From Guillardia theta CCMP2712 (Eukaryota; Protista; Cryptophyta), in contig NW_005434582.1 in NCBI RefSeq assembly GCF_000315625.1, positions 152,768 to 216,767 on the forward strand: a stretch of 64,000 nt of DNA, in the 5' to 3' direction. Each line of letters starts with the position of its first letter. Within the stretch, counting starts at the first letter, position 1. A model generated the notes under the pieces. It was not told the DNA's origin. It did not search any database and saw only the letters and a list, made by a program, of their open reading frames with translations. A program made the translations under genes and the position numbers. Positions 23,001 through 34,675 of this stretch are shown here, piece by piece.

Positions 23001-26000
23001 CAACAACCCGGTCAAACGGCTTCCCTCCTGGCTGGGAGAAATGCAGAGGCTGCGGCGGATCTCACTATGTCAGACTCCTCTAGTCCGTCTGCCTGCAACT
23101 CTTGGGGCGATCTCGACGCTGGACGAGGTTGTGGTGGACATGGACAGGTGGACCCGCTCGTTGTCTTGGCGTCTTCCTTTAACTTCTCCTTGCAGCGCAA
23201 CCCTTCTATCTCCTCCTCAGGAAGTCGTTCGAATGGGAAACCTCTCCATCGTTTCCTATCTCCGGCGGTCGTACGCTGCGGGTAAGACCGTCTTCATCTA
23301 GATACACGAATCTAAGATCGTATCGATCAGTCCTTCATCACCAGCTGGACTTGTCTGGGTTTCGACTGGCTCAATTTCCCTTCTACGCTATCAGCTCGCC
23401 AGCATCTCTTACTTCCATCACTCTCAACGACAACGCAATCTCCGAGGTACCTGGTGACATCTCCAAACTCACCAGCCTCGTCCTCCTCTCCATGTCCAAC
23501 AACAACATCTCGCAGCTTCCGAAGCATTCCTTCCTGCTGTTGAGCTCCTTGCGCTCGCTGAATGTCGCCGGCAATCCACTCACCGTGCTCCCTGTTACCC
23601 TGGGCTCACTGAAGAAGCTTGAGTACCTTGAGTATGACGGAAACTCCGTAGTCTCTCCTCCCCGTGACATCCTTGTCAAGAGCGTTCAATCAGTGGTATC
23701 GTACCTCAAACGCGCTTGGGAAGGCAGGAGGACGGGCATGCTGGATTTGAGCAGCCTCGACCTCACAGAGATTCCTCTAGAGGTTACTGGCTGGAGTCCT
23801 CTGATCGAAGAGGAGGGCCAAGGGCAGGAGCAGCCTTCTGTCTCTGCGGAGGAGGAGGCGAGTCCTGCAGAGGAAGGAGCTGTTATGAATGTACCAGAAG
23901 GAGAGTTCCCATCTGCTGCTGATGCTCCTGTGGGCAATGTGTACGTGATCGATGATGAAGTTGGGAGGATGGAGAAGCTGGAGATGAACGAAGCGGATGT
24001 GAAGGATGCAGCCCTTAATCAAGGAGAAGCAGCAGACATCGACGATGCGTTGTATGTCGACACTGATGTTGACAGGTCATTTGAGCAGGAAGATGCTGAA
24101 GTTGTACGTGCAGAGGACGTGAAGAAGATGCAGGAAACGCTCCTTGGGCAGATACAGCCGATGAAGGAGAAGGAGCACGGCGAAGAAGGGGAGGAGTCCT
24201 CGGATGAGCTGGTGGCATCAGACGACGATTCGAACCCCAAAGAGCTGAGCGACATCTTTGATCTCAGCAATTACACCCGGGATTTGATGGAGGATGGAGT
24301 TGCCTTCAAGACAGTTGTTTCCATCAACCTCGAACGAAACAAGGTCACCAGCCTCACCCCTGACATTCAGAGGATGTTGTGTTTGCGGGAGATCTCCCTC
24401 TGTAACAATGAGATCAAGAGTTTCCCCGACTCGCTCTCGTCCCTTCCGAACCTGATCAGAATCGATGCGAGTGACAACCTGCTGAATAGTCTCCCTGCTC
24501 TCATGGGAGGGCTCTGCTCCAGTCTCAAGTACCTCCAGCTGCAGAACAACCGGTTTACCAGCTTGCCTGGGTCTCTTGAAAGCCTGTCATCGCTTGTGAA
24601 GCTGTCCATGGACGGGAACATGATAGAGGTTGTCGAGATCAAGTCGGAGTTCTCCTTGAACGATCTAGAGAACTTCCAGCTGAACTCCAACAGGGTCAGC
24701 TCCTTCGAAGTCTGCCAGAACTCCATGGCCTCCCTCAAGGTCCTAGGAGCGAATCATAACCTGATGCAAGATTGGCCGGACGCACTGATGCAGTGCAGAG
24801 GGCTGAAAGAGCTGCACCTTGATGACAACAAGCTCACTCATGTCTCATCGAGTGTTGGGAACCTGAGGAGATTGAAGGTGATCCTGCTTGTCCTTGGCAG
24901 TGGCGGGTCGTGACTGCTGTCAGGTGCTCCACATGAGGAAGAATGAGTTGAAAAGCCTCCCGCCAGAGCTGTGTCGAGCCAAGAGGTGAGTCGAACGTTT
25001 GTTGGTCTCCAATCCTCATGGTGAACAAGGTTGATGACATTGGACCTCTTGGGAAACCCTTTGAACGAGGTCTGGGCAACCTAATTCGAATGTTCTCAGA
25101 GTGACTAAATCTTACAGATGGCCCCTATCTGTGCTCCTGATCACGACATCGCCGCTATCCTGACCTATCTTCGCGCAATCTATAAGTCTTTTCGGACATC
25201 TACTGCCAACCTAAGTTCACTCTCGCCAGGTTCCATTCCCATCCAAACTTTCAAGGTATCGGAGAACACTTTCCTGACTGATTCTTGATGTGACTTGCTG
25301 TCATCAGTTTGGGCACATCCACAGCCTTGACATCTCTTCAAATCAACTGGAATTTCTCTCTCAGCATATCAAGTTGCTTACTGCACTGGGCTCGCTGAAC
25401 CTAAAGGACAACAGACTGGAAGAAATCCCGATAGAGCTGACGTTCTGTCGTCAGCTGCATACCCTTCATCTGGACGGAAACAGGTTCCGCCAAGTGGTTC
25501 CAAACATCTGTGTCCTCAAGAGCCTCCAAGTCTTGACCATGTCGTCGAACAGACTCGCCACAATCACCTGTGAGATTGCAAACATGGTCGGCCTGGTGAT
25601 GTTGGACTTTCGATTCAACACAAGCCTGAGCAAAGTAGTTGAGATGTACCTCAACGAGGATATCCAGAAGCTCATGATCTATCTCCGCACGATCCAAGAC
25701 GGTTTCATCTACGGGAGCATCAACCTAAGCAGGAGAGGCCTGTTTCACTTCCCCGTCGAGGTGCTGCAAGCCGGCGAGTACATCACCAGCTTGATTCTCA
25801 GCTACAACGACATCGAGGAGATCCCGTACGACATCAGCTCTCTCAGCTGCCTCACCGTCCTGGACGTGAGCAACAACCGAGTCAAGGAACTTCCGGAGGC
25901 CGTCGGGCTCATGACAGGGCTACGTGAGGTCTACCTGGGCAGCAACAATCTCAGGGTCCTTCCCTCCTCCTTTGAGAAGCTTGTCCATCTCTCCGCTCTC

Positions 26001-27414
26001 GACGTGCAGTTCAACCCCCTCGACACATTCCCCTTCCACCTCATCGACCGCTGGAGTTCAATCTCGACGCTCAACCTTGACACTGAGCGTATGGTCGTCC
26101 TGCCCGATGGAGCGACGCAGTCAAGGAGCGAGCTGGTACCTCTTGAAATCTCTTGCCAAGGACAGGAGCAATGCCTCAACTACTCTCACAGACTGAGACA
26201 AGCCCGGATGACTGGCTCTCTTGATGTGTCCGTGATGCAACTCGCGTTCGTTCCCAACTCTATCATCTGTCTTCCCCAGCTGACTGCGCTCAACATGACG
26301 GGGAACCTGCTCTTCCTCATCCCCGACGCCATCTCCGGCCTGCACTCCTTGACCGAGTGGAGCCTCAACGATAACCGGCTGCGAGAAATCCCGGCATCTG
26401 TCTGCAAGCTCACAAGGCTGAGAGATCTGTCAGTCATGGACAACAAGCTCTTGTCGATCGCGCCTGAGGTTGGGCTGATAACGACCCTGCGAAGGCTCCA
26501 GCTGGAGAACAACGCGAAGCTCAAGTGTCCTCCTGTCGAAGTTTACTCGAGAGGAATTCAAGCGACGCTCTCCTACCTCAGATCCATCATGCAGGGCATA
26601 TCGACCGGCAGCATCGATCTCGCTTCCAGCAGCTTGTCCAGCTTGGAACTTCCCTTTGACAGGCTGGCAGTAAAGCTAAGAGCCATGCAGCTTTCTAACA
26701 ATCTTCTCGACGAAATACCGCAGGTGTTTGTAAGCAAGTCGTTGGTGCGTTAGATGACGATGTTGCCAGGGCATGTCGAGTCTGAGCAACCTGACCGTGC
26801 TATGGTTGGACAACAATAAGGTATCACGTCGAGAACTCCCACGTTTCCCTCTCCCTCTCCCTCTCCCTCTTCCTTTTCCTTCCCCTTCCCCTATCTCCCC
26901 CTTCTGCTCCTCACCTCCTTCTTCCTTTCCCTCACTCCCTGCCTCTCGTTCCCTCCCCTCCTCTCTGACGCAGACGCATTCCAGCTCTCTAGCCTCCCGA
27001 ACAACCTCGGCAAGATGCGAGTGCTTCAAAGTTTGTCTCTCCCGTGCAATAGCTTCACCGCCATGCCGGCATGTATCTGCGACCTGCCATGTCTGGAAAG
27101 TTTGAACATGGACGAGAATCCGATGAGGCCAGTCGGGCCCTTGTCAAATCACCCAACGCTGACTTGTGGCTCACCAGGTTCTTGCATCCGAGGATTTCCG
27201 AGCTCCAGTCGCTGCGCATCTTGTCGCTACGGAACAACCGGCTCACGATGCTTCCTAGCAGCGTCGCAGGGCTCTCATCGCTACGGAAGCTCGTTTTGCA
27301 AGGTTGGAGGCCTGATGAACTTGAGGTGAAAGCTGACTGAATGATTCAGGGAACCCGCTTGCTCCGCTGCCGCCATCTCTCCGAGACCGTCAAGACGTAG
27401 AGCTAGAGCTCTGA
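14023..27414 (+). CDS. Giant leucine-rich-repeat protein (roughly 3,800-4,000 aa, estimated) made of about 22 capped LRR modules
   Basis: Continuous LxxLxxLxLxxNxLxxLP repeats across the ORFs at 14109, 15760 (2054 aa), 21921, 22708, 23351 and 25290. First exon ATG GTG GTG GGA CAG CAG A|gtaag is in phase with the exon starting at 14089. Last exon GNPLAPLPPSLRDRQDVELEL*. Confidence 0.9.
15406..15505. other. Assembly gap (about 100 N) in a CCCT-rich intron
   Basis: Run of N flanked by ccctccct tracts. Confidence 0.97.
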
Positions 27415-27951
27415 GAGCCTGTTTGATCGTCACGGCTGGGCTCGGAAAGGGCGGCCGTCAGCGTTGCCGCCGCATTTCAATCATGCGGCAGTGCGGCCAT
27501 AACTTACTGTACTACTGAAACGGTTACGGAGTCACGCGAACTTCAGGCTGAGGGTGACTCAATGAGCCTCGGAGTCACTGAATTCTGAGCCACCGTTGAC
27601 TCGCCGCCGCCTCTGACTAGTGAATTGCCTTGACGGCCATCCGGGGCACAGTGTGAGACTTGAAGGTTTTTTTCACAGTTTTATTAGTAGTATGCCGCCG
27701 GGTTTTCAGTCGGAGCCGCTCGGAGGCCCCCCCGCTGGGCAGTCACAGATCCGAGCCTCGGACCGTCACCGTGAGAGCAGCGGCCACCGGCCCGCCGGGG
27801 CTCCGAGCGGCGAGTCACTGCGGCACCCGGTAGCGGCCGTCCCCGGCCGGCAAACATTCAAACGGTTAAGTTAACTTAGTAAAAACCGGCCCACCCGGGC
27901 CCGGGCCGACCCTAGGCTGCTGCTAAAAGACACGGTACTTCACGTTTGAAG

Positions 27952-27992
27952 TTTACTCAAAGTTAAGTTAAAAATCCGATGATCAGTACGAG
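27952..27992 (+). repeat. Copy of the TTTACTCAAAGTTAAGTTAAAAAT...CAGTACGAG intergenic motif with an 8-nt insertion
   Basis: tttactcaaagttaagttaaaaat-ccgatgat-cagtacgag. Confidence 0.85.
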
Positions 27993-29495
27993 GGGTGCTT
28001 CACGGTTGGAACTAGCGGTGTGTACCACCCACCCCCACACATATCTGACCAACCACGGGTCGAGTGACCCGGTCTTTATCCCACCGTTCGGCAAATCCTC
28101 ATCCGCCGGGTGACCGGTGCGAACGGTACTGGCATCCCATGACCCCTCAAATGAATGACTACCACCCCTTATTTGTGTGGGAAAATAACCCCTTCCAAAT
28201 TCAGATGGACCCGGGACTCTCATGTACCGGGGCGGGCCCTGCTGGGGCTTCGGAGTACGGGACCGTGACCCCGGTCCGTGTTACGGCGGGGACAGTCCCC
28301 CCAGTCACCCCACCCCCGGACTCTCATGGAAGTACTACCCCTTCAATGGCCGGGGGGGGGCTTGGGAACAATACCGGTACCTCTCCATCTAGTACCCCTT
28401 GCTGACTACGATTCAAAATTATCTCGACCAGGGGTCCAGATCCAACAATGTCAGTCACACGATTGTTGTACCGGTAGTATCGGAGGGGCAGTACCCCACC
28501 CTGACAGGCAAGGCTGCCGGAGTCCCGGACATTCCGATCTAAACGGTTAGGTGGTCCCACCCCCGTTTCTGAAGGCCTCTGACCACCCCTGTGGCCCTAC
28601 CACCCCCACATCCATAACGGCAGTGCGGGGTCGGACCTGGGTTTTACCACCCCACCCCTATGTGCTAGTACCTTGGGTCACGGTACGGTCTGAGCGGTAG
28701 TTCCTGTACTGATGTAGCGATGATGAGTAAAATCTTATAAGTCCCTCGAGACCACCCCATCGACCTGGGTGGGTGGTGCCAGTGTCATAGTTCATACATG
28801 GCAGGGGTGGTATTCATCTTATGTACCGAAAAGTTCGAATTCGGACAAATTGACTGAATTTCTGTATATAATTCAGGAATAATAACTAAAACTTCATGAG
28901 GGATGCCTGGTCCTTTGATGTCTATATTGGGGATCGGGGCTCTCAACAGTAAATTTGAAAGTGGGGTAGGGTAGGTCATAGTACACCTTCAGGGGTGGGG
29001 TGGGGTGAGGTGGAACGGGTCTATAACCCCCTCTACCCTCGGTACCTTCATGAAGGTTTCCCATATACTACCCTACTCTTAAACGATCTTTGCACGGGTG
29101 GTGAAGGACCCCAAGTGATCCCGGCTTACCACCCCCCTTTCCGACTAAAGCCTGGACCTCATGCTAGTAGGCCTCCCTTCAAGTCCTCGCGCCAATGGAA
29201 CTTGCCGCCCTTGTTCGTGCTGATCCTGCTCCCACTCCTTCCTGCTCCCTCTCTTGCCTGCTGCCTGCTTCTCCTGCTCGCCATCCGATCTCCCTTCGTT
29301 CTGAATGCATGATCCTTATGATGACAACACTGTTGAGCGCGCAGGACAGCTTCTGACAATCTCCTACCAATTATATTCATAGTGTAGCATGCATACCTTG
29401 GCCTCATGGTGTCAAACTTCGCTACATTGTTGTGGATATATCTCGAATGCCATGATTGATTGCATCACGAATTGACTACGTAATTTGTTTGGTAG

Positions 29496-32400
29496 ATGAA
29501 GCCGGGCGAGTACAATCCAAATTATCATAATTCAAATTCATATTATGGTCCGATTCATGGGGGATTGAACCGGAACGAGGTTGGCGATAGCAACAATCAA
29601 AAGCGAGAGATGATGTGACTGTGTCTTGGTAGATGTCGATGAACCGAGCTAGTCATTCAGAGCATTATGTCTACACCAATGAAAATCACGACCTGCAGAT
29701 GATGAGGAGCTCTGCTCCTCCTCTCATTGTCGTGAATCCGGAGATGCTGCAAGATGAGGTTGTTCAGTCGAACTCGGCGCGCTTTTATCTTACATGTGCC
29801 CATGATGTGTTCAGGTGACCAGGCTTCAGAGCCTTCTGTCTGCAGCAACCAAGGAACTGGGAAGACAGATATCAACCAGCAAAGTAGATGTCAGCTTGAG
29901 CCAGAATGATACGAGGAAGGCCGAGTGGCTGCAGAAAGTTGTTTTACAGGTGTGTTGTGAACAGAACTCTGAATGTCCATGACGACCGTCTCGTGCGCAG
30001 CTTGAGTCAAAGCAAGCCTTGATGGACAGCAACCTGCGGAGCCTCCGTGATCAGAACACCTCCTTGTACCAGACGGTCGAATTTGAAGGGCTCTGTTTCA
30101 ATGATTGATCATTTTCAGTAGATCAATGAGCTGAAAAATGAAAACTTTGGTTTGAAAGAAGAGGTCGCAAGGTCATTGAGAACGTCTGGTAGTGGAGCGT
30201 CGCGAGATATGGAGGTGAGTGATTTGAAGCTATCGAGATGCGTGTCCTAAATGATTCCTCCAGGAGAAGGTTCGCATGGTCAAGGACGAGTTGGAGTCCT
30301 ATCGCAAAAGGGTATTGAATTCTACTTGTCGTCTTTGGTGTGATGTCCGTTGCAGTTTGAAGATCTTTCGAAACGCTACATTTCCATACAGGAGGTCAAC
30401 CGTGCACTGGAGCAGACTAAGGTAACAAGAGTGTGATTCTCGAGTTTTGTTGTCGTGTGACTTGAAATGTATCTTGTAGAGTCAGAACTACGAGAACGAC
30501 CAGTTCAGACTCAAGGTTCGTTCTGCGCAACATGAAGCTGTGGTCTAATCTGATTCGAGCAGGAAATTGAGTATTCAAACATCAATCTCTCAAAAGCGAA
30601 CTCCGAGCTGCAAGAAAAGAATGCTGCTCTTCTTCGAAAGCTGGAAGAACAAGCGGCTCAATTTGAAAAGCAGAAGTACATAATGATGCAACAAAGAGAT
30701 TCGTTGCAGCTCTCAATGCAAAAAGAAGTGGAATCGATGCGCAGAGAGCTGGTGGATTGGAAAACCAAGGCTGAGAAGAGTAGAGATTCATTTTCAATGG
30801 AGGCCATGCAGACGGCTCAAGACAACTCAGTACTTATCTCCGATTTGAAAGCCCTTGAAGCCTTGTACAAAGAATCTCAAAATAAGTTGGCAAGGGCTGA
30901 AATTCAGATATCGCAAATGATGATTTATGAGAGGGAAAATCACAATCTGATCCAAAGGCACGTCAAGAAGGATGTCACCATCTCTAAATGCAGCGCAAAG
31001 GTTCAGAGAGTGTCACAGAATCTTACATTGTTGAAAATGTTCGAGAGTTGGAAACGTTTGGCTGAGGACAAAAACCTTAACATAAGGGCTTTCTCCTTGT
31101 GGTCCAAACAAAGATTCCTCAAATTATTTCTGCATGACTGGCAGCTGGTCACTCAGGCTTCAATCAAGCAAATAGGTGACTTTCAGATGACAGCTGAGCT
31201 GAAGAAAGAACTTTTTATTGAGAAAGATAAGCGCAATCGCAGTTTCGTGAGCATTAGAAAGAATGCCGAGGCTCTGGGCAAGGAATTGGGATGTATTTGC
31301 GAAGAGTTAGTTGCGATCGACTCGTCGTTGAAAGAATCGAAACAATGGGTGGAAAACGTTGAAAAGAAGGCCCTGCAAGAAAGAGAGAGATTGCGAGATA
31401 GCTACGAAGGAAAACTGAAGTCCTTGGAGCTGACTCGTCTCGAAGAGGTGAAGAGACTCACTCTTGTCATCGAATCGAAGCAACAACAGTATCAAGAAGA
31501 GCTGCAAGCTGCCCTGAAGAGCAGTGCTGAGCTGGAGACGAGAGTTCGTCAAGAGTTGATGCAGGAATCCACTCTGAAGGAGAAGCAAGTCCAGGATCTC
31601 AAAGATGATCTTGCTAAAGCTCAAAGAGAATGGAAAAAGAAACTGCTGGATAAGGATCGAGAATACTCGTTGCAATTAGAAACAGTGGAACGTCAAAAGT
31701 TAGAGATAGAGGAACAGCACTACGAGAAGCTGCGTGCCAAGGAGAAGGAATGGGAGAATGAAGTGGAGAAACTCAGAATGCAGAGTGTTGAACTGGAGAA
31801 TGATCTGCGACAAAGATTCCAGGCCAGAGAGAAAGAATTGACAACCAAGGTTGAGAGCGCCCGACAGGAGTTGTCGAATGCACAGCGCGACTTTGAGACC
31901 GATTTGCAGGTGATTGCAATTGTCATTTTGTTTTCTCGTCACAAACTCACGATGATGATGTGTTTGTTTCAGGCAAAGGAAAGTGAGATGCAGGGCAAAT
32001 TGACCGAGAAGGACAAGTATTATGAGACATGGCTGGAGACTATCGTTGCAAATAGGCTAAAAGACTCCCAAGCACAGATGGAAGAACGATTGCAGTTCAA
32101 AGAAGAGCAACTCGTCGCCATCCGTAAGGAATTGGAAGACCAGAGAAAAGTTGTCCAGGGATTCGCATTGAGCAGAGAATCGAGAGATTCCGAACATTCT
32201 CGCCAGATTGAGAGGCTTGAGAATGAGATCAAGAATCTCTCGAGAACGTAAGTCTGACATGATTACGTGGCGGTGTGTCGTTGATCCTTGTCGTGGCAGG
32301 CTCGAGTCCAAGGCAGAGGACATGAAATCTCTGAGAAACGATGCGGAGGATCTTCAGAAGACCATCTCGGATCTCGAGAAGGAGAACATGCGGCTGGAGA

Positions 32401-34568
32401 AGCAGGTTGAAACGCAAGCGAGCGAGCTGCAGATCCTGGAGAAGCAGAAGGAGTCTCTCACCAACGAGCTCCTGTGGAAGGGAAGCCTGCCGCAGAAGAC
32501 CTTTGCTAACCAAGAGGCTGAGAACATTGAGATGAGGGCAAGAGTAGAGATGGGCGAGCAGGAAATCCTCTACCTAAAGGAGAAGTTGGCTGTTGCTAAC
32601 ACCACAAACGAAAGGCTGACCACCGACCTCTTGGATGCATCGAAGCTGCTGAAGCAGTACAGCGCTGATGCTCAGAACTTGTCGTGGGAAGCAAACATGC
32701 GCGAGCAAGGGGGTGAGGAGCAGCGGAATAGAATGGAGAGCTCAAAACGAGAGTCTCTCAAGTCGTCGGAAGGGATGGATCTCATCCAGAAGAAAGTGAA
32801 CTCGCTGATGCTGGAGAACGACACGCTGACAAACGAGATGGACAAGATCCTGCAAGAAAACTCGATGCTGAGGGCTGAGGTCGACGAGCTGAAGCAGCAG
32901 ATCGAAGACTTCCCTGCTGGGGCTCCCAAGTCCCGCAGCGGCTCCTTGATGCCCTCGCGGTCGTTCGGCATGTACTCGAGGAGGTTGGTGGAGAGAATGT
33001 TTGGGTCGTGGGTGACTGAGATGCTCTCCTCCCGCGTGAGCGGTCGCAAGAGCTACTTCTCCAACCTCCCCCCCATGTTGGACGCCAACGGCTGCCTGAC
33101 GCTGGACCTGACGACCACACGGCTGAGGAAACAAGACGTAGACATCAAGAACGAGAAGATCGGGAGCGGGACCTTTGCTGACGTGTTCAAGGGGGAGCTG
33201 AGAATCCAGTGTGCGGTGAAGAAGCCCAAGAGCCTGGGGAGCCACCAGGAGGTGCTGGAGTTTATCCGGGAAGGGGAGATGATGCGGATGGTAAACCATC
33301 CTTGTATCACCAAGACCCTCGGCATCCTCTGCGACCAGTCGGTCAGCGCCTACGTCATGGAGTACTTGCCGGGCAGCAACCTCTTCGACTACCTCCACAA
33401 GTACAACAAGACGCTTCTGTTTGGCAGGCAGGTGGACGTGGCGCTGCAAGTGTGCGATGCGATGGCGTTTGTGCACGAGCTCGGGATCATCCATCGCGAC
33501 CTGAAGCCTCAGGTAAGGCCGCTCCTCTCCCTCCTCTCCTCCTCCTTTCTACCCTGCGTCTTTCTTCCCTGCATCTACCTCCTCCCTCACCTCCTCCACC
33601 TCCTCCTCCCTCCTTTCTCCTTGCTTCTCACACCACCACCACCACCTCCTCCTCCTCCCCATCCTTCTCCTCATCCTCCTCCCCATCCTTCTCCTCACCC
33701 TCATCCTCATTAAATCCTCTTCCTCCTCCTTCCCACGATCTCTAACATTGCATGCAGAACGTCATCTACAACGACAAGACCGGTGGAGCAAAGCTCTGCG
33801 ACTTCGGGCTGGCCCGTTCTCTCCCCAGCGGTTGCAGTCATCTCGACTCCATCCAGCTGGGAACTGGAGGGACCCCCGCATACCAGGCTCCTGAGGTGCT
33901 TTCGCTCCCCTGCCAGCTGGAGTCGAGCTGACGGGGATCGCAGGTGCTGAAGCGCCTCCCTATCAACCTCAAGGTGGACTTGTACGGGTTCGCCATCACT
34001 CTGTGGGAGATGTACACGGCGCTGCTGCCTTGGAACGAGTGCACCCTAGAGCAGATGGCGACCCGAGTTGCCCTCTATAACGACAGGCCTCCGATCCCCT
34101 CGGTCCGCTACTCTCCTCCCTGACCTCTTCTCCCCATCGTCTCCTCCTCCTTCTCCTCCTCCTCCTCCTCCTCCTCCTCCTCCTCCTCTCTTCCTTCCGC
34201 CCTCCTGCGATGGCTGATGGCTGCCACAGGACATGCCCATTGAAATGTCGGAAATCGTTATGAAGTGTTGGGACAAGGACGCTGACGCCAGGCCCTCCTT
34301 CGCTCAACTTCTTCCTCCCCTCCGCAACATGCAAGAAACCTTCTCGCCCAGCTCCAAGATGTCCTCCGGATCCTCCAGCGGCTCTCTCGGCTCCTCCTCC
34401 ACCTCGAGCACCATCGTCTCCTACATCTCCTCCCAGCAGAGCCGGAACAGCCCTCGAACGAGCCTCGTCAACACGCGGAGCAAACCGCTAGTGAGCAACC
34501 CGCTAGTGAGCAACCCGCCGGTGAGCGTCCCGCGAAGCTCGTCCAGCGGATTCTACACAGCAAGATGA
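29496..34568 (+). CDS. Long coiled-coil protein with a C-terminal tyrosine-kinase-like (TKL) Ser/Thr kinase domain; multi-exon
   Basis: Motifs IGSGTFADVFKG, CAVKK, IIHRDLKPQ|N, LCDFGLAR, GTPAYQAPE, DLYGFAITLWEM and CWDKDADARPSF, followed by a Ser-rich tail. About 900 aa of E/K/Q/L heptads precede it. The start codon is tentative. Confidence 0.85.
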
Positions 34569-34675
34569 GCAAGAAAGTAGGACACAGAGAGGAACTGTCG
34601 ATGTGCTTTGAAAGCTTTACTGTACTTGTACCCAATGAAACAACAGGAAAACTGAGACCCTCTATACTTGACCGC

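Noticed and set aside
14023-34568. LRR gene + kinase gene as one LRRK/Roco protein
   Set aside because: The LRR gene stops at 27414 and is followed by about 2 kb of typical intergenic DNA; no Roc P-loop or COR domain is seen.
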